From Candidatus Dadabacteria bacterium (lineage in GTDB: Bacteria > Desulfobacterota_D > UBA1144 > Nemesobacterales > Nemesobacteraceae): 64,000 nt of DNA. Made by a program: the position numbers and the translations under genes. The stretch is from positions 18,508 through 82,507 of the forward strand of contig OX638332.1 of NCBI GenBank assembly GCA_951812735.1, given 5' to 3'. The notes beneath the pieces are model-generated. The model ran no database searches, was not told the origin of the DNA, and saw only the letters and a list, made by a program, of their open reading frames with translations. Below are positions 14,185-23,771 of the stretch, piece after piece. Every line of letters starts with the position of its first letter. The stretch's first letter is position 1.

Positions 14185-14261
14185 ACGGGCAAAATAATAA
14201 CCAATTTAAGGATTGCCCGTGTGAGCAGTGGGATTCGGAGTGATAGTTAATCCCGGGGGCG

Positions 14262-15131
14262 TTACGAGATCGCGCTACGGAGCGCCTCTCCCATCTCAGC
14301 CGGGCTCTTGCAGGTGGTGACTCCGGCGCGCTTAAGCGCCTGGAACTTGTCTTCGGCGCTTCCCGAACTCCCGGAAATGATGGCTCCCGCGTGACCCATT
14401 CTTTTCCCCTTGGGCGCCGTGGCTCCCGCTATGAAAGCCGCTATCGGCTTTGTGAAGCTCCGGCTTATGTACTCAGCCGCTTCTTCTTCATCCGATCCGC
14501 CGATTTCCCCTATCATTACCACCGCGTCTGTGTCAGGGTCGTTCTCAAACAGAGAAAGCGCGTCAATAAAAGTGGTTCCGATCACCGGGTCGCCTCCTAT
14601 GCCTAAGCAGGTCGATTGTCCTATGTCTAGGTTGGTAAGCTGCCAGACGGCCTCGTAGGTAAGAGTTCCGCTTCTTGAGATTATTCCCACTCTTCCGGGT
14701 TTATGAATGTACCCCGGCATTATTCCCACCTTGGCCTCTCCGGGTGTTATGACGCCCGGGCAGTTGGGTCCCACGAGCCTTGCGGGAGAACCCCTCATGT
14801 ACTCCTTTACCCTTACAACATCCAGAGTGGGTACCCCCTCGGTTATGCAGATCACAAGCTCTACGCCTGAATCAAGGGCCTCGAGCATTGAATCCATCGC
14901 GAATGCCGCAGGAACGAATACCAGGGACACGTTTGCCCCGGTTTCCCGCACCGCTTCGTCCATGGTATCGAAAACCGGGAACCCTTCGACGCTGCTTCCG
15001 CCTTTTCCGGGTGTGACGCCGCCAACGACGTTGGTTCCGTACTCACGGCACTGCGTCGCGTGGAAAAGCCCCGCGCTTCCCGTTATCCCCTGCACGAGAA
15101 CTTTAGAGTCTTTATTGACGAGAATGCTTAT
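14262..15131 (-). CDS. sucD: Succinyl-CoA ligase alpha subunit (SucD-like). The conserved N-terminus requires a start at ATA (15129-15131) or ATT; the only canonical in-frame start is GTG at 15095. No sucC is adjacent.
   Basis: ...[19 protein letters not shown]...GVTPGKGG...GHAGAII (phosphohistidine loop). An AGGGAG Shine-Dalgarno lies 10 nt upstream of the ATA codon. An in-frame TGA is 7 codons further up. Confidence 0.75.
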   Translation of the reverse strand: MSILVNKDSKVLVQGITGSAGLFHATQCREYGTNVVGGVTPGKGGSSVEGFPVFDTMDEAVRETGANVSLVFVPAAFAMDSMLEALDSGVELVICITEGVPTLDVVRVKEYMRGSPARLVGPNCPGVITPGEAKVGIMPGYIHKPGRVGIISRSGTLTYEAVWQLTNLDIGQSTCLGIGGDPVIGTTFIDALSLFENDPDTDAVVMIGEIGGSDEEEAAEYISRSFTKPIAAFIAGATAPKGKRMGHAGAIISGSSGSAEDKFQALKRAGVTTCKSPAEMGEALRSAIS

Positions 15132-15454
15132 TTTTCCGGTTCTCCCTTTTGAGCTTCATTGTTTTTCAAATGAGGGGGAACTATAACATGCCTGTCCGTT
15201 TTTTCAAAGTCCTTCGCTGCGTGTTTACAAAGATAGCGAGGGATATTTTGCAGCACTGAAACATCTTTGTTTGGGAGAGCACTACGCTGCAGTCCTTGGA
15301 ACTTTATCGCCTGGTTATGGGTAGCGATTTATAAGCGGTCTCCTGTTAGAGACTTGCTAGTTCTTCTAGGACTTATCGTTTCGTATCATACTGAAATCAC
15401 TCACAAATTGTTATAATGCTGTTTATGGGCGAGCCACCGCCTATAACAGGCAGA

Positions 15455-16054
15455 ATGATACAGATATATAAAATCAGCTTTCCTGACGGATCGGCTTACG
15501 TTGGGCAGACAAGACAGCCGGTTTCCTGCCGGCTCACGCAACATCGGAGTTCAAGTCCCTGCAATTCGATTCTGCATCGAAAGCTTCTGATAATGAAGCC
15601 GACTATTGAAGTTCTCTCTCGCCACCGCAAGCAGGAAGTTGCCGACCGGGAGGAGAAGAAGTGGATCATGCGGCTTGAAAAACCGATAAACAGATACGTA
15701 GAAGGGAAGCAGATCAACGCAAATCCCAAAGCGCCGTCGCTGCGTGACAACAGGTGGCCCAAGGAAAGAAACCGGCGGGAGAGACCCAAGTACCCTCGTC
15801 GGGCCAGCGGTTACCACGTTTGTTCCTGGTGTTGGCGGAAACTTCCCGTGTCGGAGTTTTATTCGGACTGTTGCAGGTCGGTCGGTCTTTCAAGCCGGTG
15901 CAAGAGATGTGCAGAAGCCGAAAACAGGGCCCGCCGGGAAGCGATAAAAAGAAACGGAAATACCTCCGTCGCTTATTTCCGAGCGAAATTAGCGTGTCAG
16001 GCGCTGCGGACGACGAAAACCCGGCCGGTGGTCAGAGTTTTGTATGAGAAGTAA
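15455..16054 (+). CDS. Small GIY-YIG nuclease with a C-terminal Cys-rich, zinc-ribbon-like basic tail.
   Basis: IYKISFPDGSAYVGQT...R..QH...N...E...N (GIY-YIG catalytic pattern). The tail carries CSWC...CC...CKRC. The ORF-track ATG at 15416 overlaps a TATAAT at 15412-15417, so the start is placed at ATG 15455. Confidence 0.6.
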   Translation: MIQIYKISFPDGSAYVGQTRQPVSCRLTQHRSSSPCNSILHRKLLIMKPTIEVLSRHRKQEVADREEKKWIMRLEKPINRYVEGKQINANPKAPSLRDNRWPKERNRRERPKYPRRASGYHVCSWCWRKLPVSEFYSDCCRSVGLSSRCKRCAEAENRARREAIKRNGNTSVAYFRAKLACQALRTTKTRPVVRVLYEK

Positions 16055-16092
16055 GAAACAAAGCGGATTTTGTGGTAAGCGGGGTATAAAGA

Positions 16093-16965
16093 TTACTCTA
16101 TGTTCTGAATCTGCTCCCGTATTTTCTCGAGTTCAAGGCGTATGTTTATGGTAAGGTGAGAGATTCCGGCGTCCTTGCATTTTGCCGATATTGTTCCCGC
16201 TTCCCTGTTCATTTCCTGGACCAAAAAATCAAGCTCTTTCCCCACTGGCCCCTTTTTCCTGGCGGTCTTCCTGAATTTTGAGATATGGGCCTCAAGTCTC
16301 ACGATTTCTTCATCGATCTCGCTTTTCTCCGTCACTATGGCTGCGGCTTCCTGAGAGATAAGGGGATCGTTCTTATGCCTTGAGGAGAAGATTTTCTCGA
16401 TTTTCTCCTTTGTTTTTTTCTCGGATTTTTTTACGAATTCCTTTCGCTTTTTCTTTACGCTGTCAACCGCTTTTCTTATGATTTCCAGGCGCCCGAGTAT
16501 CGCTTTCTCAAGCTTCTGCCCCTCGGTTTCCCGGCTCTTGTTGAACTTTACGAGGGTTTTTATGACCGCTTCCTTGATCCTGGTCTCCGTCTCCCTTGAT
16601 ACCTCGGGTGCGATGTGGTTATCAAAGGAGTTCTCCATCATGAGCAGGTGCTCGATCCCTATATCCGTCTTAAGCCCCAGGGCGGAATTGATTCTCTTGA
16701 GGGAACTGTGGTTTTCCCGGAGCACTTTTTCGGACAGACGCTGCCTTTCCCTCCGGTTTGCCTGCACGGAAAGCCTGAGCCTGAGTTTCCCTCTCTGAAT
16801 CGAGTTTTTCATCCTGTCCTCAAGGGCGGTTTCCATCTGTAAAAACGATTCGGGGACGCTTGCCTTGACGTCAAGGAACCTGTGGTTCTCCGACCGTATG
16901 TCAACCAGGATCTTTCCGATCTCGGTGTTTACGGATGATTCCGCGAAGCCGGTCATGCTTTTCAT
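16093..16965 (-). CDS. yicC: YicC-family stress-induced protein (UPF0701).
   Basis: N-terminus MKSMTGFAES. The overall architecture matches YicC_N plus DUF1732. Confidence 0.75.
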   Translation of the reverse strand: MKSMTGFAESSVNTEIGKILVDIRSENHRFLDVKASVPESFLQMETALEDRMKNSIQRGKLRLRLSVQANRRERQRLSEKVLRENHSSLKRINSALGLKTDIGIEHLLMMENSFDNHIAPEVSRETETRIKEAVIKTLVKFNKSRETEGQKLEKAILGRLEIIRKAVDSVKKKRKEFVKKSEKKTKEKIEKIFSSRHKNDPLISQEAAAIVTEKSEIDEEIVRLEAHISKFRKTARKKGPVGKELDFLVQEMNREAGTISAKCKDAGISHLTINIRLELEKIREQIQNIE

Positions 16966-17124
16966 ATATACGCCTCTTTCCTTTTCTGTATCAGTTTTTC
17001 TTTATTTTCCAAGCAGAATACCCGCAACGGGTTCCAATTCGCAACCGCCCCCGGGCGCGCAGAGAAAATCGCGCTGAGTTTTCCCGGAACTTGCCTGTAC
17101 CATTTTTCTCATTTAACTTCTTAG

Positions 17125-17634
17125 ATGATTCAAAGGGTCTCCAGTCTCCGCTCCATGAGAAAAGCTTATCTTTTCGTTCTGCCACTGCTGCTTCTTTCTC
17201 TCTCCTGCGCCGTACCGGTGCGAGGTTCGGACCAAAGAAGGCCACAGCCGAAAGTTTCAGCTACCAGCGTTGTAATTTCTTTTCTTGAGGCGCTTAAGGA
17301 GCGGGATTTTGAATCCGCTTACGACAAAATCCATATATTCAGCTCTGATCGCGAGGGTTACGTAAGCAGGTTTGAGCTTCTTTACGAAAACTACGATATC
17401 AGGATAGTTGACTACAGGGTCTTGGCAACCCAGCTTTTTAAGGATACCGCCATAGTGGTCGCGGAAGTGGAGGTTGACTACAGAAGGCCGGGCGAGGACA
17501 AGCGCCTTAGAACTACATACAGAAACCGTTACGATCTCTCCATACCCGATAAAAAATGGAAAATAGTAAAGGACGAATGCATTGAGAACTGCAGTTACGG
17601 GCCGGAAAGCGGAGACGGAGGAGGTCAGGAGTGA
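17125..17634 (+). CDS. Hypothetical secreted/lipoprotein, possibly an NTF2-like fold. The likely start is ATG 17155.
   Basis: Signal peptide ...LLLLSLSCAV. No catalytic motifs. Its stop overlaps the dapB start (GTGA). Confidence 0.45.
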   Translation: MIQRVSSLRSMRKAYLFVLPLLLLSLSCAVPVRGSDQRRPQPKVSATSVVISFLEALKERDFESAYDKIHIFSSDREGYVSRFELLYENYDIRIVDYRVLATQLFKDTAIVVAEVEVDYRRPGEDKRLRTTYRNRYDLSIPDKKWKIVKDECIENCSYGPESGDGGGQE

Positions 17635-18431
17635 TAAAAGTTGCGGTAGCAGGTGTGTGCGGGCGCATGGGAATGAGCGTGGCTTCGCTTGCCGGTGCTG
17701 ACGGTGATATAGATCTCGTGGGAGCGACGGAGGTGGCGGGGCATGTTTCGGTAGGTCGCGACCTCGGGGATTTCGTCGCGGGCGCAAAGTCGGGAGTGAG
17801 CGTGAGCGACAGCATTGAGGAGGCTGCCGGGGCTTCGGACGTGATAATTGACTTCACCGTTCCCGAGGCGACCCTTGCCCACGCCGAATATTCGGTCCGT
17901 AACGGAAAATCGATGGTCATAGGAACGACGGGCTTTACAGCGGAGCAGAGGGAGAAGCTCCTTGGGCTCCTTGAGCAGATACCGTGCGTTTTCGCTCCCA
18001 ATATGAGCGTCGGCGTCAATATCCTTTTCGAGATATCAAGACAGGTGGCGTTTCATCTGGGAGAGAGCTACGACGCTGAGATCTTCGAGACTCATCACAG
18101 GGGGAAAGTCGATTCTCCGAGCGGAACGGCAATTGCGCTTGCAGAAGCCGTCGCCTCGGGCCTCGGGCGAGAACTTGGGGACGTGGCGAAATATGAAAGA
18201 TACGGGCGGATAGGGGCGAGAGAGAAGGGGGAGATAGGTATTCAGACGCTTCGGGGAGGAGACGTGGTAGGGGACCACACCGTCATGTTCCTTGGCGACG
18301 GAGAGAGAGTGGAGCTCACCCACAAAGCGACTACCAGGGAGAATTTCTCTGCGGGCGCGCTTCGCGCGGCGAAATGGGTTCCGGGAAACCCCCCGGGAGT
18401 CTACACGATGCGGGACGTGCTGGGATTCTGA
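17631..18431 (+). CDS. dapB: 4-hydroxy-tetrahydrodipicolinate reductase.
   Basis: MIKVAVAGVCGRMG (NAD(P)-binding motif). ...ETHHRGKVDSPSGTA... is the DapB signature. Confidence 0.9.
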   Translation: MIKVAVAGVCGRMGMSVASLAGADGDIDLVGATEVAGHVSVGRDLGDFVAGAKSGVSVSDSIEEAAGASDVIIDFTVPEATLAHAEYSVRNGKSMVIGTTGFTAEQREKLLGLLEQIPCVFAPNMSVGVNILFEISRQVAFHLGESYDAEIFETHHRGKVDSPSGTAIALAEAVASGLGRELGDVAKYERYGRIGAREKGEIGIQTLRGGDVVGDHTVMFLGDGERVELTHKATTRENFSAGALRAAKWVPGNPPGVYTMRDVLGF

Positions 18432-18451
18432 TCCCGAAGCGTTTATCCACC

Positions 18452-19558
18452 ATGTACAGGTTCAGGCTTATCGAGAAGGAAAGGAGCGGTTCCGCCAGGC
18501 TCGGGGAAATCCGCACTTCCCGCGAAACGGTTGCGACTCCTGCCTTCATGCCCGTGGCGACCCAGGGCGCGTGCAAGGCCATCTCTCCGCTTGATCTGCA
18601 CCGCCTCGGTTTCAGGATCCTTATAGCAAACGCCTACCATCTCTACTTAAGGCCCGGCACGGACGTGGTAAGCTCCCTAGGCGGGCTTCACCGCTACATG
18701 TCGTGGAACGGCGCGATCGTCACGGACAGCGGCGGTTACCAGGTCCTCAGCCTAGCGAAAAGCAGAAAGATCACGGAAGACGGAGTCTCTTTCCGCTCCC
18801 ACATAGACGGAAGCGAACATTTCTTCTCGCCCCGCACCTCCATAGAAGTCCAGGAGGATCTGGGCTCTGACGTGATGATGTGTTTTGACGAGTGCCCGGC
18901 CCATGATTCTCCCTATGACTATATGGAGAAGTCAGTCTCTCTTACTACGCGCTGGGCGAAGCTTTGCAAGGAAGCGAGGCGGGACCGCTCCAGGGCCCTT
19001 TTCGGTATAGTGCAGGGAGGGGTATATGAGGATCTTCGGGCGCGCTCGGCGGGAGAACTTGTAGATATAGGCTTTGACGGTTACTCGATAGGGGGGCTTG
19101 GAATCGGCGAGTCAAGCGGGGCCACTTTTGAAATTACCGAGCTCTGCGCGGGGCTTTTGCCCGAAGACAGGCTCCGCTACCTGATGGGTATCGGGACTCC
19201 GGGAGACATAGTGAGAGCGGTCTCGCTTGGAGTTGATCTTTTCGACTGCGTCATCCCGACCCGCAACGCTCGCAACGGAACTCTCTTTACAAGCCGGGGA
19301 AAAGTGGTTATAAAAAACTCCCGTTACGCGTACGACCGCTCCGCGCTTGACGAGAATTGCGGCTGTTACACGTGCGGAAATTTCTCAAGGTCGTATCTGA
19401 GGCATATATTCATGGCCGGAGAGATTCTCTCTCTTCAGCTTCTGACCCTTCATAACCTCTATTATTACTCCGAACTGATGAGAAAAATAAGGGAATCGAT
19501 AAAAACCGACACTTTCAGGCAGTTCCGCTCGGAGCTAAGCGATGCGGAGGAGGAATAG
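18452..19558 (+). CDS. tgt: Queuine tRNA-ribosyltransferase.
   Basis: MYRFRLIEKERSGSARLGEI...DSGGYQV...CxCxxC...H zinc site (CGCYTCGNFSRSYLRHI). The ORF-track start at 18374 gives an unlikely 26-aa extension. Confidence 0.9.
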   Translation: MYRFRLIEKERSGSARLGEIRTSRETVATPAFMPVATQGACKAISPLDLHRLGFRILIANAYHLYLRPGTDVVSSLGGLHRYMSWNGAIVTDSGGYQVLSLAKSRKITEDGVSFRSHIDGSEHFFSPRTSIEVQEDLGSDVMMCFDECPAHDSPYDYMEKSVSLTTRWAKLCKEARRDRSRALFGIVQGGVYEDLRARSAGELVDIGFDGYSIGGLGIGESSGATFEITELCAGLLPEDRLRYLMGIGTPGDIVRAVSLGVDLFDCVIPTRNARNGTLFTSRGKVVIKNSRYAYDRSALDENCGCYTCGNFSRSYLRHIFMAGEILSLQLLTLHNLYYYSELMRKIRESIKTDTFRQFRSELSDAEEE

Positions 19559-19561
19559 AAA

Positions 19562-19939
19562 TTGAGAAAACTTGCTTTTGTCGCCACTTTGGCGCTTTTC
19601 GTTTCATCATGCATGCCTCCCGGAGCGGGGCAGGGAGGAGCGGGGGGAACTACGTTCTCGGCCATACTCCCGTTTGTTGCCATATTCGCCCTTTTCTACT
19701 TTCTTATCATAAGACCCCAGCAGCGCCAGAGCCGTGAGCGAAAGCAGATGCTCGCCGAAGTGAAAAGGGGTGACAGTATTGTTACCACCGGCGGCATATA
19801 CGGCAGGGTGATAAACGTTGACGGGGACGACCTCACGGTCGAGATAGCTAAAGGCATTAACATAAAGATGGTCCGCTCCGGCATCTCGGACAAGACCGAA
19901 CCTGCAGCCGCTGACGGCAAATCCAAGGGGGGCGGCTGA
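19562..19939 (+). CDS. yajC: Preprotein translocase subunit YajC. The start is uncertain: TTG at 19562 or ATG at 19613.
   Basis: ...IIRPQQRQSRERKQMLAEVKRGDSIVTTGGIYGRV... This is the conserved tgt-yajC-secD-secF order. Confidence 0.8.
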   Translation: MRKLAFVATLALFVSSCMPPGAGQGGAGGTTFSAILPFVAIFALFYFLIIRPQQRQSRERKQMLAEVKRGDSIVTTGGIYGRVINVDGDDLTVEIAKGINIKMVRSGISDKTEPAAADGKSKGGG

Positions 19940-19942
19940 TTA

Positions 19943-21544
19943 ATGCAAGGCGTGTCCCGTGTCTGGGTTAGCGTTATCATTCTTTTTTCCTTTCTCTCCG
20001 TAATACTCCTTACGCCGACCTTTATGGGTGATAAGCTTCCCTCGTGGTGGGGGAAGGTGTTTTCAAGCAAAGGGATGAGTCTCGGGCTTGATCTTGAGGG
20101 GGGAATATTCCTTCTTCTCGGCGTTGAGACCGAAGAGGGCGTGGAACAGGAAATGCTTATCGTGGAGGAGTCCCTGGTCTCGAAATTCACGAAAGACAGG
20201 ATTCTGGTGAAAAATTCCTCCGTTTCCGACGGAACCCTCACGGTCGGTCTTTTCCCGGGCGCGGATATAGACAAGGCGCTTGAGATTGCGCGCGAGGAAT
20301 TTGAGGAGATAACGAATATAGATTCCGACGGTTTCCGGATCAGGCTTTCCGTAAAGCCGTCCTACGTGGATGAGCTTGAGCGAAACTCAATAGAACGTGT
20401 TCGCCACATAATAGAAAACCGCGTTAAGGATTTCGGTCTCGTGGAGCCGAGCATACAGAAATCAGGCGACGACAGGATCCTTGTGCAGGTGCCGGGAGCT
20501 TCCAAAAAAGACAGACAGAGAATAGTGAACCTGATCAAAAAGACGGCCGTTTTGGAATTCAAGATCGTACAAGCCGTCGGGGCGTCGAGGGAGAACCTCC
20601 TTGCGGCGGCCGAATCTGAAAACGAAAAGGATGTTGCGCAGAAAGGACTTGCCATCCATGCGGGAGACACCGGGAACGAGAACGAAAAGTTTTTTCTGAC
20701 CGAGAGGCTTGCGAGCGTGACCGGAGAGTATATCTCCGACGCGCGGATAACGTTTGATAACTATGGAAATCCTGCGGTCGGATTCACGTTCAAGGGAGAG
20801 GGCGCGAGCAGGTTCGGGAAGCTCACCGAAGACAATATCGGCGAGCGCCTCGCAATAGTTCTGGACAGCGTGATAAAATCCGCTCCCACTATCCAGGACA
20901 AGATAACTTACCAGGGCACCATAACCGGGACTTTCACCCCCGATGAGGCAAAAGACCTCGCGCTTATCCTGAGGTCCGGCTCTCTTCCCGTTCCGGTAAG
21001 GGTGGAGCAGGAAAGAACCGTGGGTCCTTCCCTGGGGCAGGACTCGATAGAAAAGGGAAGATTCTCCATGATCGTGGGCGGCATACTTGTTCTGGTGTTC
21101 ATGGTCTTTTTCTACAGGATTCAGGGCGTGGTAGCGAACGCCGCCCTAGTGCTCAACATACTTTTCATAATGGGCTTTCTCTCCGCTTTCGGCGTTACGC
21201 TTACGCTTCCGGGCATAGCGGGGCTTGTCCTCACGCTCGGCATGGCGGTTGACGGGAACATCATCATATTCGAGAGGATAAAAGAGGAACTCGTCGCGGG
21301 GAAAACCGCGGTTCACTCGATTGAGACTGGATACGCAAGATCCGTCTGGACCATACTTGACGCGAACGTAACGACGCTTCTTACGGCGCTTATACTTTTC
21401 TGGCTCGGCACGGGTCCCATAAAGGGCTTCGCGGCAACTCTTTCAATCGGAATAGTGTCGACCGTTTTCAGCAATTTAATTGTGGCGAGAGTTTTTACGA
21501 ACATGCTCTACAGGGACAAAAAACTGACAGAGGTAAGTATCTGA
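19943..21544 (+). CDS. secD: Protein translocase subunit SecD.
   Basis: Periplasmic domain plus 6 C-terminal TM helices. GLDLEGG motif. Synteny supports the call. Confidence 0.9.
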   Translation: MQGVSRVWVSVIILFSFLSVILLTPTFMGDKLPSWWGKVFSSKGMSLGLDLEGGIFLLLGVETEEGVEQEMLIVEESLVSKFTKDRILVKNSSVSDGTLTVGLFPGADIDKALEIAREEFEEITNIDSDGFRIRLSVKPSYVDELERNSIERVRHIIENRVKDFGLVEPSIQKSGDDRILVQVPGASKKDRQRIVNLIKKTAVLEFKIVQAVGASRENLLAAAESENEKDVAQKGLAIHAGDTGNENEKFFLTERLASVTGEYISDARITFDNYGNPAVGFTFKGEGASRFGKLTEDNIGERLAIVLDSVIKSAPTIQDKITYQGTITGTFTPDEAKDLALILRSGSLPVPVRVEQERTVGPSLGQDSIEKGRFSMIVGGILVLVFMVFFYRIQGVVANAALVLNILFIMGFLSAFGVTLTLPGIAGLVLTLGMAVDGNIIIFERIKEELVAGKTAVHSIETGYARSVWTILDANVTTLLTALILFWLGTGPIKGFAATLSIGIVSTVFSNLIVARVFTNMLYRDKKLTEVSI

Positions 21545-21554
21545 GGGTGTTAAA

Positions 21555-22466
21555 GTGCGGCTTATAGGAAAACTGAATTACGACTTCGTGGAGAAGATGG
21601 GGGGCGCGATGCGCATTTCCATCGCGCTTGCGGTCATTTCCATCGCTTCTTTGCTTTATCACCAGGGCCCTAACTGGGGGGTCGAGTTCACGGGCGGAAC
21701 GGAGATACACATAAAGCTTGCCAAGAGCCTTGAGACCGACGTTTTAAAAGGGGAGCTTGCCGAGAGCGGCTTTCCCTCCGAATCGGTTCAGCGCTTCGGC
21801 CTTCCGGGCGATAACGAGCACCTCATACAGTTTGCTCCCGAACTTGCGACTTTTGATCAGATAGGTGATTTTCAGAAAAGCCTTGAGGACCTTTTCGCGG
21901 AATCAGAGAATTTTCAGGGAGCTTCAATCCAGAGGATAGACTACATAGGTCCCAGGGTGGGGAAGGAACTCATAACCAAGGCTCTTCTCTCCATACTGAT
22001 TGCGTGCGTCGGCATACTCGGTTACCTGGTCTTGAGGTTTGAATTCGGTTTTGCCGTGGGAGCGGTTATCGCGCTTATTCACGACACCCTTATAACCGTG
22101 GGGGCAATATCGCTTGCGGACAAGGAGTTTACCCTCGCGATCGTAGCCGCGCTTCTGACCGTGATAGGTTACTCGGTTAACGACACCATCGTCATATTCG
22201 ACAGGATAAGGGAGAACATGGGGAATTTCCCCGAAAAGGGCTTCAGGGAGCTTGTCAACGATGGAATAAGCCAGACGCTATCGCGTACGCTGCTCACGGC
22301 GATAACGGTGTTCATAGTGCTTGTCCCGCTGTTTTTCCTCGGCGGCTCCGTAATACACGATTTTGCGTTTACCCTTATGGTGGGGGTTGTCATAGGGACC
22401 TACTCGTCGGTTTTTGTGGCAAGCGCCTTCGTGGTTTACTGGAGAAAAAGAAAGGCGGCAGGATAG
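21555..22466 (+). CDS. secF: Protein translocase subunit SecF.
   Basis: ...WGVEFTGGTEIHIKL... Follows secD directly. Confidence 0.9.
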   Translation: MRLIGKLNYDFVEKMGGAMRISIALAVISIASLLYHQGPNWGVEFTGGTEIHIKLAKSLETDVLKGELAESGFPSESVQRFGLPGDNEHLIQFAPELATFDQIGDFQKSLEDLFAESENFQGASIQRIDYIGPRVGKELITKALLSILIACVGILGYLVLRFEFGFAVGAVIALIHDTLITVGAISLADKEFTLAIVAALLTVIGYSVNDTIVIFDRIRENMGNFPEKGFRELVNDGISQTLSRTLLTAITVFIVLVPLFFLGGSVIHDFAFTLMVGVVIGTYSSVFVASAFVVYWRKRKAAG

Positions 22467-22581
22467 AAACCGCCTTGGCGTACGCTCCGCCGCAGAATAG
22501 GGCTCTCCGCTTTGATAATCGGTCCCATAACGGTTAAATATTTCCAGTTTTGCTTCTGAAAACACACAACCCGGGCAGATA

Positions 22582-23601
22582 ATGGAAAGAAGACTGCAAG
22601 AGATAAGAAACCAGATAGATTCTGACCTTGAGGAGGTCTCGACGGAAGCCGATCTCCTCAGGGTAAAGGCAAGCTACGTCGGAAAAAAAGGATCTCTCAC
22701 GCAGCTTCTTAAATCCATGAAAGACCTCCCCGCTTCCGAGCGCCGCGAGGCGGGCATTCTCATAAACAGAACCAAGAATGAAATCGAGGAACTGATCGAG
22801 AAGAGATCCGACGAGATAAAGCGCAAGATCATGGACGAAAAGCTCCTTGAGGAGGCAACCGACTTCACTTTGCCCGGCCGCGGAATGCCGGTCGGCGCCA
22901 AGCACCCCATAACCCAGGTGATGGAGCGCATAGTTTATGATTTTGAGAGGATGGGATTCGAAGTTGCCGAGGGTCCCGAAGTCGAGCTTGATTACTATAA
23001 TTTCGAGGCGCTTAACATACCGAAAAACCACCCCGCGAGAGACATGCAGGACACTTTCTACATAACCGACGACATGGTGCTTAGGACCCATACTTCCCCG
23101 GTGCAGATACGGATCATGCAGACCCAGCAGCCTCCGGTGAAGATAATAGCCCCTGGAAAGGTCTACCGGTGCGACAGCGACGTTTCCCACACCCCGATGT
23201 TCCACCAGATAGAGGGTCTTCTGGTCGATAAAGGCATAACTTTCGGAAACTTAAAGTCCGTCATTATCCAGTTCGTAAAACTCACTTTCGGTGAGAACAC
23301 AAACGTGAGGTTCCGCCCGAGTTTTTTCCCCTTCACCGAGCCCAGCGCCGAGGTGGACATAGAGTGTCAGATATGTTCCGGAAACGGATGCAGGGTATGC
23401 AAGGGGACCGGCTGGCTTGAGATAATGGGATGCGGAATGGTCGATCCCGCGGTTTTCTCGAGCGTTAACTACAACACTGACATCTATTCGGGTTTTGCTT
23501 TCGGTATGGGGGTTGAGAGAATCGCCATGCTTAAGTACGGGATAAACGACATAAGGCTTTTCTTTGAGAACGACGTAAGGTTTTTAAGGCAGTTCGTATA
23601 G
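22582..23601 (+). CDS. pheS: Phenylalanine--tRNA ligase alpha subunit.
   Basis: Class II aaRS motifs: [42 protein letters not shown]. Confidence 0.9.
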   Translation: MERRLQEIRNQIDSDLEEVSTEADLLRVKASYVGKKGSLTQLLKSMKDLPASERREAGILINRTKNEIEELIEKRSDEIKRKIMDEKLLEEATDFTLPGRGMPVGAKHPITQVMERIVYDFERMGFEVAEGPEVELDYYNFEALNIPKNHPARDMQDTFYITDDMVLRTHTSPVQIRIMQTQQPPVKIIAPGKVYRCDSDVSHTPMFHQIEGLLVDKGITFGNLKSVIIQFVKLTFGENTNVRFRPSFFPFTEPSAEVDIECQICSGNGCRVCKGTGWLEIMGCGMVDPAVFSSVNYNTDIYSGFAFGMGVERIAMLKYGINDIRLFFENDVRFLRQFV

Positions 23602-23771
23602 TTTTTCGAGGGACTGCTGTCGGATAGGACCGTTTTTTATGGTTCACTTTGTTTTACCGTATAGGAACCATCAGATTAAACAGTATTCTGGGTTTAAAAA
23701 ATATCTTTTATATGAGGGTAATACGAATCGGATATTAAACAAGATTCGAGAGACTAGAAAGGAGAACACCC

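Noticed and set aside
15416-15454. ORF-track ATG start for the GIY-YIG protein.
   Set aside because: The ATG overlaps a TATAAT -10-like hexamer. The GIY-YIG core begins right after the next ATG (15455), so the shorter ORF was preferred.
18374-18451. N-terminal extension of tgt in the ORF track. There are similar extensions for trxA (37434-37490), higB (46063-46095), the PQQ dehydrogenase (43966-44076), the glutaminyl cyclase (54621-54704) and the DtxR regulator (57811-57831).
   Set aside because: The extensions are non-conserved. The internal Met residues restore canonical N-termini, signal peptides or promoter spacing.
22448-22478. Hairpin AAGGCGG...CCGCCTT spanning the secF stop, and a hairpin plus T-run after fumC (about 43303-43345), as intrinsic terminators.
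   Set aside because: Stems are short or imperfect, and the T-tracts are not directly adjacent. Too weak to report as confident features.
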